The notes under the pieces are model-generated. The model worked only from the letters and a program-made list of their open reading frames with translations, ran no database searches and was not told the origin of the DNA. From an uncultured Pelagibacteraceae bacterium (GTDB lineage Bacteria; Pseudomonadota; Alphaproteobacteria; Pelagibacterales; Pelagibacteraceae), in NCBI GenBank assembly GCA_902581445.1, contig CACHOG010000002.1:26187-90186 (forward strand): 64,000 bases of DNA. Direction: 5' to 3'. The translations under genes and the position numbers were made by a program. Below, one piece after another: positions 31,888 through 41,335 of this stretch; position 1 is the stretch's first letter, and each line of letters opens with the position of its first letter.

Positions 31888-31904
31888 TATGACAAAATGT
31901 CATA
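31888..31904. promoter_or_regulatory. Inverted repeat upstream of oxidase subunit II, RegA/RegR-box-like
   Basis: TATGAC-AAAAT-GTCATA, perfect 6-5-6 dyad in the divergent intergenic region. Confidence 0.55.
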
Positions 31905-31940
31905 AAATTAAAGAAAATAAACTTATATATACAGTAAATT

Positions 31941-32135
31941 ATGCTCGGTAAATTTGGAATTCTTGTAGTCTTACTCATTTTGGTCTTATTATTTTATGTT
32001 GTCATATCCTTCGGGGCTGGGGCGTTCTCAAAAGGAGAAACAAAACCAGAAACAAAGAAATATTTAAAGTCAGTAAAAATATTGTTAGCTGTTATCGCGG
32101 TTGTAGGGTCAATACTTGTGCTTTTTCTTGATTAA
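31941..32135 (+). CDS. Small two-TM hypothetical protein
   Basis: 64-aa ORF with two hydrophobic helices, filling the gap between oxidase genes. Confidence 0.65.
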   Translation: MLGKFGILVVLLILVLLFYVVISFGAGAFSKGETKPETKKYLKSVKILLAVIAVVGSILVLFLD

Positions 32136-32812
32136 GAAATAAGTGTTTTGCACCAAGCAATAAATGAGTCATTAAAAATATAAATCATTAAAAAAAAAGC
32201 TAGCCAAACTACTAATAAAAACATCCAGTACATTGATAACGCAGAGATATTATTTTCCTCATCTAAAATTTTATTTTGCTCCATTTTTAAAATTCTACCA
32301 GCTACTCTTCCCCAAAAAAATAATCCTCCAAGCAAGTGCATTCCGTGTAGCGCAGTAAAAATATAAAATGATGAAAAATATGAATTAGTTGAAACATAGT
32401 TTCCACTTTGCATTAACTGCACCCAAAAATACAATTGCCCAAATAAAAACAAATAACTTAGGCCACCAACTAAGATTATGTTTCTTTTTATCCTCATAGT
32501 TTCTTTTTGCTTTAAGTCACTAGTTATTTTTGAAAAAAAGTAAGCAATAACAAAAAGTACAAAAGTGTTTATCCAAAGAAAGTTTGGTTTTAAAAGATAT
32601 CTGGTGTCTTGTTCAGGTGGGATAGAATAAATGTAACCTGTAAATATTAAGCTAAACAAAACAGTTGCAATACCAAAGATAATTATTACAGCAGAAGTCT
32701 GAACTGAAAGGTCGAAAGTCTTACCTATATGAGCATCATCTATTTTTGCTCTATCACTCTCCCAAGGTTTTTCAGTCAGTGTGCCGAAAAGTTTCTTTAT
32801 AAAATTGCTCAT
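32132..32812 (-). CDS. Second heme-copper oxidase subunit III-like protein (CoxO-like)
   Basis: LTEKPW N-terminus, TALHGMHLLGG, YWMFLLVVW. Confidence 0.85.
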   Translation of the reverse strand: MSNFIKKLFGTLTEKPWESDRAKIDDAHIGKTFDLSVQTSAVIIIFGIATVLFSLIFTGYIYSIPPEQDTRYLLKPNFLWINTFVLFVIAYFFSKITSDLKQKETMRIKRNIILVGGLSYLFLFGQLYFWVQLMQSGNYVSTNSYFSSFYIFTALHGMHLLGGLFFWGRVAGRILKMEQNKILDEENNISALSMYWMFLLVVWLAFFLMIYIFNDSFIAWCKTLIS

Positions 32813-32848
32813 GGATCCTATATAATAAACAATAATTATTTATCAACA

Positions 32849-33439
32849 ATGAAAATAAAAACATCAATTGCAATTATAAGTGGATGTCTGGTGATTTTTC
32901 TGTTTTTAATGCTTCCAGTTTTTTTATCTATTCAAAATCAGAAGGAAGATCTTGTCGCATCATTCAAAGGATCAACTTTTTCACTTAAAGATGTAAATAA
33001 TAATACAATAACTGAAAAATCTTTCGAAGGACCTTTAACAGCAATTTTTTTTGGTTTTACAAACTGCCCTGATATATGTCCAATGACGTTAAGCAATATA
33101 GATTTAGTTATTAAAAATTTAAATGAACAAAAAAAGAAAAAATTTAAAGTTTTCTTTGTAAGCATAGATCCTGAGAGAGATAGCCCGAGTGTAATAAAAA
33201 ATTATCTGGACACATTTGAAAATCAAATGTTTGGAATAACTGGTGATCCAAAAAAAGTTTTTCTATTATCTCAATCCTGGGGTGTCTTATCAGAAAAAAT
33301 ATTTAATGAAGATGGAAATTATTTAATTAATCATAGTTCGTCGGTATTACTTTTAAAAGATGGAAAGTATTTAGACAGAATTAATCATCATGCTAAATAC
33401 AAAGATATGTTTAAGGTGATAGATAAATATTTAAGATAA
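32849..33439 (+). CDS. SCO family copper chaperone
   Basis: FGFTNCPDICP, SIDPERD, INHS; ATG at 32849. Confidence 0.93.
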   Translation: MKIKTSIAIISGCLVIFLFLMLPVFLSIQNQKEDLVASFKGSTFSLKDVNNNTITEKSFEGPLTAIFFGFTNCPDICPMTLSNIDLVIKNLNEQKKKKFKVFFVSIDPERDSPSVIKNYLDTFENQMFGITGDPKKVFLLSQSWGVLSEKIFNEDGNYLINHSSSVLLLKDGKYLDRINHHAKYKDMFKVIDKYLR

Positions 33440-34132
33440 TAAAGTATAACTGATTATAGAAATCATCGATATTGCAGCAGTTTCAGATCTTAAAATATTT
33501 TTATTAATATTTATAGGAATTATATTTTTCATTTTAGAAATTATTTCTCTTTCTTTAATGGAGAAATCACCCTCTGGACCAATCAAAATACATAACGGCT
33601 CATTTCTTTTGATATCAATTTTTTTATTTTTTGAATTAAGATCACCAAAATGAATTTTTATATCAATATTTTCTTTTAAAAATTCTTCAAGATTTTTTAA
33701 TTTATCTAAAGTTGGTAAATTTAATCTATTACTTTGTTCTGATGCTTCAACAATAATTTTTTTAACTCTTTTTTCATTAATCTTTCTAACGACAGTTCGT
33801 TCAGAAAGTAGTGGTATAAATCTAGTTACTCCAAGTTCTGTAGCCTTTTGAATCATTAAGTTTAGATAATTTAGTTTAATAGGTGTGAAGGCAAGCCATA
33901 TTTCTGTTGGATTATCTGCTGACCTTAATTTTTTTTCTACTGAAAACTCTACAATTCCTCTTATTATATTTTCTACTTTTGCCTCAAACTCTCCAGATTG
34001 ATTAAACAAACTAAAATTTTGTCCTTCTTTAATTCTCATCACCTTATGAATATAGTGTGATTGAGTTTTATCTAATTTAGATTTTAAATTTATATATAAA
34101 CTTTCATTAAAAAATAATCTAATATTACTCAT
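33431..34132 (-). CDS. rsmE: 16S rRNA m3U1498 methyltransferase
   Basis: QKATELGV, EASEQS, IGPEG, ILRSETA. Confidence 0.95.
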   Translation of the reverse strand: MSNIRLFFNESLYINLKSKLDKTQSHYIHKVMRIKEGQNFSLFNQSGEFEAKVENIIRGIVEFSVEKKLRSADNPTEIWLAFTPIKLNYLNLMIQKATELGVTRFIPLLSERTVVRKINEKRVKKIIVEASEQSNRLNLPTLDKLKNLEEFLKENIDIKIHFGDLNSKNKKIDIKRNEPLCILIGPEGDFSIKEREIISKMKNIIPININKNILRSETAAISMISIISYTLLS

Positions 34133-34148
34133 TTAAATAAGTTAATTT

Positions 34149-34811
34149 ATGAAAAATCTTAAAGCAATAATTTTCGATGCTTATGGAACTTTATTTGATG
34201 TAAATTCAGCAGCTGAGAAATGCAAAAGTAAAATTGGTGATAAGTGGGAAAATTTTGCAAATTATTGGAGAACAACCCAGTTAGAATATACATGGCTTAG
34301 AAGTATGATGAGTAGACATAAAAATTTCTGGCAAATAACTGAGGACAGCTTAGACAAATCTATGAAAAAATTTAAAATACAAAATAATATGAGAAGTGAG
34401 CTTTTAGACCTGTACAAAATTTTATCTCCATACCCAGAGGTTAAAGAAACCTTAAAACAACTTAAAAATAAAAACTATAAAATTGCTATTCTATCAAATG
34501 GAACACCTTCACTACTAAATGAGTTAGTTGAAAAAAATGACATGAAAAACTTATTTGATGATATTTTTTCTATAGAGAAGGTTGGAATATTTAAACCAAG
34601 TTCAAAAGTATACGAAATCCCTGTTATAAAATATAAAATAGATAAAGGAGAGATTGCTTTTTTAAGTTCAAATACATGGGATATTTCTGGAGGAGGAAAC
34701 TTTGGGTATAATTGTTTCTGGGTCAACAGAAATAATGATGTATTTGATAATTTAGATTATTCGCCAAAAAATGAATTAAAAAATTTAAATGAATTACTTG
34801 ATATTATTTAA
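34149..34811 (+). CDS. Haloacid dehalogenase type II
   Basis: FDAYGTLFDV, WR..QLEYTW, LSNG, FKP, SSN.WD. Confidence 0.92.
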   Translation: MKNLKAIIFDAYGTLFDVNSAAEKCKSKIGDKWENFANYWRTTQLEYTWLRSMMSRHKNFWQITEDSLDKSMKKFKIQNNMRSELLDLYKILSPYPEVKETLKQLKNKNYKIAILSNGTPSLLNELVEKNDMKNLFDDIFSIEKVGIFKPSSKVYEIPVIKYKIDKGEIAFLSSNTWDISGGGNFGYNCFWVNRNNDVFDNLDYSPKNELKNLNELLDII

Positions 34812-34835
34812 TTAAGTATTATTTCATAAATTATT

Positions 34836-35210
34836 ATGACAAATATTATCGATCTCTTAGCAAGAATTTTAATCTCAGCATTATTTTTAATAAATGGGAT
34901 TTTTAAAATAACTAATTACGATGGTACTTTGGACTGGATGGAAGGATATGGAATGCCTGGAGTACTTTTAATCCCAGCAATTATATTAGAAATATTAGGT
35001 CCAATTTTAATTATAATTGGATATCAGACAAAAATTACTGCGGCATTTTTAAGTTTATTTTGTTTGGCAACAGCAGTTATATTCCACAATGATTTTAGTA
35101 ACCAAATGCAATTAACCTCTTTTCTAAAGAATATTGCACTAGCAGGTGGTTTTTTATTTCTTGTTATAAATGGTTCAAAAAAATTTAGCTTAGATAATAA
35201 ACTTAATTAA
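34836..35210 (+). CDS. DoxX family membrane protein
   Basis: Four TM helices, FLKNIALAGG. Confidence 0.88.
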   Translation: MTNIIDLLARILISALFLINGIFKITNYDGTLDWMEGYGMPGVLLIPAIILEILGPILIIIGYQTKITAAFLSLFCLATAVIFHNDFSNQMQLTSFLKNIALAGGFLFLVINGSKKFSLDNKLN

Positions 35211-35212
35211 CT

Positions 35213-36049
35213 ATGAAAAATACTGAAGTTGAAAAAATAATTAAGCCTATTCTGTCGTCAGATGGTGCTGGTGTAAAATTAAAAAGAAGTATTGGAGTAG
35301 AGCCAAATTATTATGATCCATTTTTAATGTTGGACGAGTTTGGGTCAGAGGATAAAGAGGATTATATAGGTGGTTTTCCTCCACATCCCCATAGAGGAAT
35401 TGAAACGGTAACTTACATGCTTCACGGTGAATTTGAACATGAGGATAGCACTGGGGGAAAAGGCAAAATGAAAGCTGGCGACGTTCAGTGGATGAAAACT
35501 GGAAGCGGCATCATTCATTCCGAAATGCCTGCAATGAGTGAAGGAAAGCTTCAAGGTTTCCAATTATGGATTAACATGCCTGCAAAATTAAAAATGAGTA
35601 AACCTGAGTATATTTATATAGATTCTGAAGAAATGCATACACATAAGGATAATGACAAGACTGTAAAAACAATTGCAGGTAAATTCGAAAAAGCCGAAGG
35701 TCCAATTAAGGGTCACAATGTAGAGCCAATTTATTTTGATATAGAATTAAAAAAAGATAAAGAATTTATTTTTGACCTTCCTAATACTCATAATTCTTTA
35801 ATATATTTAGTAAGCGGTGAAATAAAAATTGGAGAAAAAAAGCATGATAAAATAATTAATTCAAATTTAATTTTACTATCCAGGGATAAAAACCTTAAAG
35901 TTAAAAGTATTTCTAATTCAAAATTCTTGCTTATTTCTGGAAAACCTATTAATGAACAAATTGCTAGAGGAGGTCCGTTCGTTATGAATACTAAATCTGA
36001 AATTTTACAGGCTGTAAATGATTATCATAATGGAACTTTCGTAAAATAA
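35213..36049 (+). CDS. Pirin family protein
   Basis: DPFLMLDEF, FPPHPHRGIETVTY, GIIHSEMP, GPFVMN. Confidence 0.95.
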   Translation: MKNTEVEKIIKPILSSDGAGVKLKRSIGVEPNYYDPFLMLDEFGSEDKEDYIGGFPPHPHRGIETVTYMLHGEFEHEDSTGGKGKMKAGDVQWMKTGSGIIHSEMPAMSEGKLQGFQLWINMPAKLKMSKPEYIYIDSEEMHTHKDNDKTVKTIAGKFEKAEGPIKGHNVEPIYFDIELKKDKEFIFDLPNTHNSLIYLVSGEIKIGEKKHDKIINSNLILLSRDKNLKVKSISNSKFLLISGKPINEQIARGGPFVMNTKSEILQAVNDYHNGTFVK

Positions 36050-37023
36050 TGCAAGCAATCGAAATAAAAAAAACTGGTGGTCCTGAAGTTTTAGAGTTAA
36101 AAGATATTAAACTTGAGGATCCTAAAGATGGTGAAGTCCTTATAAAACATTCAGCAATTGGTCTTAATTATATTGATACATATCATAGATCAGGTTTATA
36201 CCCTCTTCCACTACCATCAGGAATAGGATTAGAAGCAGCTGGCATAATAGAAAAAATAGGAAAAAATGTAGGAGATTTCAAAGAAGGAGATAAAGTTGCT
36301 TATGCTGCTGCTCCAATAGGCTCTTATTCTTCTCATAGAATTTATCCCACAAAAAGTTTAGTTAAGGTCCCAGAAGGGATAGATTTGGAAGTTGTAGCAA
36401 CTTTAATGACTAAAGGACTAACAACATTTTATCTATTACATAAAACATATATAGTTAAATCAGGTCAAACCATACTATTCCATGCAGCTGCAGGTGGGGT
36501 AGGTCAAATATTTTGTCAGTGGGCAAAAAGTTTAGGTTGTAGTGTAATCGGTACTGTCGGATCTGATGAAAAAATTGAAATTGCGAAAAAATTTGGATGC
36601 AGTCACGTAATAAATTATTCTAAAGATGATTTTCAAAAAAAAGTTATGGAGATTACCAATGATGAAGGTTTGCCAGTTGTTTATGATGGAGTTGGTAAGG
36701 TGACAATGGAAAAATCATTAGGATGCTTAAAAATGAGAGGAACTTTTGTGTCTTTTGGAAATGCATCTGGAAAGCTTGATCCCCTAGATGTTGGAAAATT
36801 AATTGCACCTAAAGGATTATTTTTAACCCGACCTAGTATAGCGCACTATACTGCGACCAGAAAAGAATTAGATGAAGCTGCTAATAAACTATTCGAGATG
36901 GTAAAAACACAAAAAGTAAAAATTGATATTTTTAAAAAATATTCTCTTGAGGATGTTGTTAATGCTCATAAAGATTTAGAAGGAAGAAAGATAATTGGAC
37001 CCGCAATTATAGTGCCAAACTAG
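36049..37023 (+). CDS. qor: NADPH:quinone oxidoreductase (zeta-crystallin/MDR family)
   Basis: GGPEVL, GLNYIDTYHRSG, HAAAGGVG, FGNASG. Confidence 0.93.
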   Translation: MQAIEIKKTGGPEVLELKDIKLEDPKDGEVLIKHSAIGLNYIDTYHRSGLYPLPLPSGIGLEAAGIIEKIGKNVGDFKEGDKVAYAAAPIGSYSSHRIYPTKSLVKVPEGIDLEVVATLMTKGLTTFYLLHKTYIVKSGQTILFHAAAGGVGQIFCQWAKSLGCSVIGTVGSDEKIEIAKKFGCSHVINYSKDDFQKKVMEITNDEGLPVVYDGVGKVTMEKSLGCLKMRGTFVSFGNASGKLDPLDVGKLIAPKGLFLTRPSIAHYTATRKELDEAANKLFEMVKTQKVKIDIFKKYSLEDVVNAHKDLEGRKIIGPAIIVPN

Positions 37024-37433
37024 TCTATCTTTACATCCATATCGGACATATGAAGATTTAATGCGTTGGTAGAAACTTGTATTTCTCTAATGAAGAAAAC
37101 AATCGATACAATCATAGACAAACAACATGAACCAAAAATTACTCTCGCCACAAATAACTCATCCAAATAAAGAGCAAAAACAGTTAGCATATTAAATAAA
37201 AAACCAAAAGCCGCAAACATTATAGTCCATCTTAAAATTGAAATTCTATTACTTAAATTCAAAAATTGCTTTTTCCACTCAGGTGGGACATGTTTTTCAT
37301 AAACATGCTCATCATGCAATTCTCTAATTAATTTACTTAATGTGTGAAATCGATTGCTGTAAACTCCCATAAGTAGCGGAATAGCGGGAAACATTAGTGC
37401 GGTTACTGTATAATCTATATTCATACGAATCAA
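37020..37433 (-). CDS. DUF2721-like membrane protein
   Basis: ALMFPAIPLL...NRF...IRELH pattern, EIQ.S..AL C-terminus, three TM helices. Confidence 0.7.
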   Translation of the reverse strand: MIRMNIDYTVTALMFPAIPLLMGVYSNRFHTLSKLIRELHDEHVYEKHVPPEWKKQFLNLSNRISILRWTIMFAAFGFLFNMLTVFALYLDELFVARVIFGSCCLSMIVSIVFFIREIQVSTNALNLHMSDMDVKID

Positions 37434-37476
37434 TTTGATTATGAAACTACCCTTTGCTATTTACAAGTAAATTCTG

Positions 37477-38346
37477 ATGGAAAAAATTAATCATTTTTTT
37501 GAATTAACTAGATTAAAAAAACCTATAGGTTATATGCTTTTATTTTGGCCTTGTGTTTGGGGACTGACTATTGCTTTTGATTTTGCAAACAATGTACAAA
37601 TTTATTTAAAATATTGTTTTCTTTTTCTCTGTGGATCTATTTTAATGAGATCTGCAGGTTGTATTATAAATGATATCGCTGATAAAGATTTTGATGTAAA
37701 AGTAGCGAGAACAAAAAAAAGACCTATTGCTTTTGGGAAGGTGTCGGTAAAACTTGGTTTATTTTATTCTGCAATTCTTTGCTTAATAGCTCTGAATGTT
37801 TTACTACAATTCAATTTATATACTATCATTTTAGCTTTATGTTCGATGCCTTTAGCATTTACTTATCCTTACATGAAAAGATTTACTTATTGGCCTCAGC
37901 TTTTTCTGGGTGTCACATTTAATTATGGTCTTATTCTTGGTTGGACCGCAATTTATGCTGATCTAAATGTTGTGCCTTTAATATTTTATTTTGGAGCCAT
38001 ATTTTGGACATTAGGTTACGACACTATATATGGGTTTCAAGATATAAAAGATGACGAAATAATAGGAGTTAAATCTACATCAATTAAATTTAAAAATAAT
38101 CCAAAGCAATTTGTTTCAATATGTTACTTAATATTTATTGTATCTCAGGTTTTTATCGGTTTTAAAATGAATTTTGCTAATATTTATTTTTTTGGAATTA
38201 TTTTAATTTCTTTGCATCTATTTGTTTACCAAATATTTAAATTAAATATTAATTCAGAAAGAAATTGTCTTGAAATATTTAAATCAAATAATTTTTTAGG
38301 ATTTATGGTTTTTATAAATATTTTAATTGGAAAAATTATTATATGA
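37477..38346 (+). CDS. ubiA: 4-hydroxybenzoate polyprenyltransferase
   Basis: RL.KPIG, GCIIND..D..FD, YP.MKR, YDTIYG.QD..DD. Confidence 0.95.
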   Translation: MEKINHFFELTRLKKPIGYMLLFWPCVWGLTIAFDFANNVQIYLKYCFLFLCGSILMRSAGCIINDIADKDFDVKVARTKKRPIAFGKVSVKLGLFYSAILCLIALNVLLQFNLYTIILALCSMPLAFTYPYMKRFTYWPQLFLGVTFNYGLILGWTAIYADLNVVPLIFYFGAIFWTLGYDTIYGFQDIKDDEIIGVKSTSIKFKNNPKQFVSICYLIFIVSQVFIGFKMNFANIYFFGIILISLHLFVYQIFKLNINSERNCLEIFKSNNFLGFMVFINILIGKIII

Positions 38347-40085
38347 TGTCAAATAAAGACACAATAATTAGGCTTTACCATAGTTATACAAAACGTTTTT
38401 TAGGTAAAATTATTATTTCAATTTTACTTTCTATGATTGTGGCGGCAGCTACTTCAGCGATAGCTTGGCTTTTAGATCCTGCAATAAAAAAATTGTTTAT
38501 TGAAAAGGATGAAACTTTAATTTTAATAATTCCTTTAGCTATAATTCTAGCTTTTTCCGCAAAAGGTGTTTCTCTATATTTAGCAAAGGTTCTTATGATT
38601 GGCGTTGCTGAGGATATTAAAAAAGATATTCAAAAAGACATGGTTACTAGTTTGGTAAAGGCCGATATTACAGCTATTGATAACAAGCATACTGGAAAAT
38701 TTATTTCTAACCTTACTTATGATACTACTCTTATTGTAAGTTTGGTCAGCACGGCTTTATTAAGTTTATTTAAAGATTCTATAACTTTGCTTGGACTATT
38801 AATTGTTATGTTTTATCAAAATTGGAAATTGTCTTTGATTGCAATTATCATGATACCTTTGGCTTCAGCTGCTGCAAAATCTCTTGGTAAAAGAATTGGG
38901 AAAGTAACTACTGAAGCACAGATTAAATCTGGGGAGTTGAATAAACATTTGATGGAAATATTTAAAAATCATAAATTGATTAAAATTTTTCAGAAAGAAC
39001 TTTTTGAGATCGAAAGAACTGACAATTTTCTTGTAAATCTAAAAGAAAAAGCTAAAAAAATTGCAATTGTTTTTGTAAGAGCTTCTCCAATAATGGAAAT
39101 ATTAACTGGGATAATGATAGCTTTGTTAATTTTTTACTCAGGTAAATTAATTATAAATGATGAATTGCAAATAAATAATTTTTTTTCTTTTTTGGCTGCA
39201 ATGATGCTCGCGTATCAACCAGTTAGGGCTTTAGCTACACTAAATCTAAGTATTAATACAGGATTGTCAGCAGCTAAAAGAATTATACCAATTATAGATA
39301 CTAAAAATAAAATTATTGAAAAACATGACGCAAAAGAACTAAAAATTCAAGATTGTACTATTAAATTTCAAAACTGCAATTTTAAATATGATTCTTCTAA
39401 TAATTTAATTTTAGATAATTTAAATTTGACAATAGAAGGGGGTAAAACTTCAGCGCTTGTCGGTTATACTGGTGCAGGCAAATCTTCAATATTAAATTTA
39501 ATACCAAGGTTTTATGATTGTGAAATGGGAGATATTAAGATTGATGATCAATCCATTTATTCATTAAAGGTCAAAGATTTAAGAAGAAATATTTCGATAG
39601 TCACTCAAGACATAACGCTTTTTGACGATACAATAAGAAATAACATAATTTACGCAAATCCAAATGCCACAGAAAAAGAAATTTTAGAAGTTGTAAAAAA
39701 TTCTTTTGCTCTAGAGTTTATTGAAAAATTACCAAATAAGTTTGATACAATTATTGGTGAAAATGGTGTTCGCCTGTCTGGAGGGGAAAAGCAGAGAATT
39801 TCAATAGCAAGAGCAATGCTTAAAAAAACACCAATAATTTTATTAGATGAGGCCACATCTTCGTTAGATGCAGATACTGAGAGCAAAATACAGAATGCAA
39901 TGGAAATACTTACTGAAAATAAAACAACACTGGTTGTAGCTCATAGGCTATCTACAATTATTAAAGCACACAAAATTTTTGTTATAGACAAAGGAACAAT
40001 TGTTGCAAATGGTACTCATAAAGAATTAATTGAAAACTCAAAAATCTATAAAAATTTTTATCAAAATCAACTTAGACATAAATAA
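38343..40085 (+). CDS. msbA: Lipid A export ABC transporter, permease/ATPase
   Basis: TM domain plus GYTGAGKS, LSGGEKQR, LDEATS; upstream of waaA-lpxK. Confidence 0.88.
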   Translation: MMSNKDTIIRLYHSYTKRFLGKIIISILLSMIVAAATSAIAWLLDPAIKKLFIEKDETLILIIPLAIILAFSAKGVSLYLAKVLMIGVAEDIKKDIQKDMVTSLVKADITAIDNKHTGKFISNLTYDTTLIVSLVSTALLSLFKDSITLLGLLIVMFYQNWKLSLIAIIMIPLASAAAKSLGKRIGKVTTEAQIKSGELNKHLMEIFKNHKLIKIFQKELFEIERTDNFLVNLKEKAKKIAIVFVRASPIMEILTGIMIALLIFYSGKLIINDELQINNFFSFLAAMMLAYQPVRALATLNLSINTGLSAAKRIIPIIDTKNKIIEKHDAKELKIQDCTIKFQNCNFKYDSSNNLILDNLNLTIEGGKTSALVGYTGAGKSSILNLIPRFYDCEMGDIKIDDQSIYSLKVKDLRRNISIVTQDITLFDDTIRNNIIYANPNATEKEILEVVKNSFALEFIEKLPNKFDTIIGENGVRLSGGEKQRISIARAMLKKTPIILLDEATSSLDADTESKIQNAMEILTENKTTLVVAHRLSTIIKAHKIFVIDKGTIVANGTHKELIENSKIYKNFYQNQLRHK

Positions 40086-41335
40086 TGTTATTATTTGTTT
40101 ACAGGTTAATAATTAATTTTATTTTTTTATTATCCCCTTTTATAATTTCATATAGAATTTTTAGAAATAAAGAGGACCCAAAAAGATACAAAGAAAAACT
40201 TTGTTTTTTTTCAAAAAAAAAAATTGGGAAAAAACTAATCTGGTTTCATGGAGCAAGTGTTGGTGAAATTTCAAGTATAATTCCATTAGTTTTTAAATTA
40301 GAAGAAAATAAAAAAATAGATCAAATATTAATTACATCATCAACTTTAAGTTCTGCGAATGTTTTAAAGAAGTTTAAGTTTAAAAAAACAATACATCAAT
40401 TTTATCCAATAGATACAAACCATATATCAAAAAAATTTTTAAATTACTGGAGTCCTTCCCTAGCAATTTTTATAGACTCAGAAATTTGGCCAAATATGCT
40501 TTTAAATTTAAAAAAAAAATCAATTCCAATATTTCTACTAAATGCAAGAATTACAAAAAAGTCTTTCAATAGATGGAAAAAATTAGGAGAATTTAGCAAA
40601 AAAATTTTTCAGTGTTTCGAAAAATTCCTTGTTTCAAATCAAGAAACAGTAAAATATTTAAAATACTTTAAAGTAAAAAATATAAAATTTTTTGGTAATT
40701 TAAAATTTGTACAGAATAAAAATAAAAATCTTTCTTTACCCACAAAAATTCAAAATATTATTTTAAGTAAAAAAACTTGGTGTGCATCAAGCACCCATGA
40801 AGGAGAAGAATTAATTTGTCTAAAGGTGCATAAAAACTTGAAAAATAAATATAAAAATTTTTTTAGTATTATTATCCCGAGGCACATTGATAGATCTGCA
40901 GAAATTGTTCGTATGATCAAAGATGAAAATTTAAGAGTACATAGACATAGCTGGAAAAGTAAAGTCCCCTCAGATTTAGATATATATTTGGTTGACACTT
41001 ATGGAGAAACCGAAAAATTTTTTAATCTTATTAAAATAGTATTTATTGGTGGATCTTTAGTTAATCACGGTGGTCAAAATCCCTTGGAGTCTGTAAGGCA
41101 TGGTTGTAATGTTCTGTACGGACCTAATGTTCATAACTTTAAAAATATTTACAATTACTTAGATAGAATCAAATTATCTACAAAAGTAGTAAACGATAAA
41201 AGCTTATGTAAGAGTATTGATAAGTTATTTACAAGTAAAACCAAAACAAAATCGGTTGTGAAAAAAGTAAAAAAATTGGGTGACAGTGTTTTTTTTAATA
41301 CAATAAAAGAGATTAACAAAGCTTTAGCAAAATGA
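40085..41335 (+). CDS. waaA: 3-deoxy-D-manno-octulosonic acid transferase
   Basis: IWFHGASVGE, SEIWPN, STHEGE, GGQNPLE. Confidence 0.94.
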   Translation: MLLFVYRLIINFIFLLSPFIISYRIFRNKEDPKRYKEKLCFFSKKKIGKKLIWFHGASVGEISSIIPLVFKLEENKKIDQILITSSTLSSANVLKKFKFKKTIHQFYPIDTNHISKKFLNYWSPSLAIFIDSEIWPNMLLNLKKKSIPIFLLNARITKKSFNRWKKLGEFSKKIFQCFEKFLVSNQETVKYLKYFKVKNIKFFGNLKFVQNKNKNLSLPTKIQNIILSKKTWCASSTHEGEELICLKVHKNLKNKYKNFFSIIIPRHIDRSAEIVRMIKDENLRVHRHSWKSKVPSDLDIYLVDTYGETEKFFNLIKIVFIGGSLVNHGGQNPLESVRHGCNVLYGPNVHNFKNIYNYLDRIKLSTKVVNDKSLCKSIDKLFTSKTKTKSVVKKVKKLGDSVFFNTIKEINKALAK

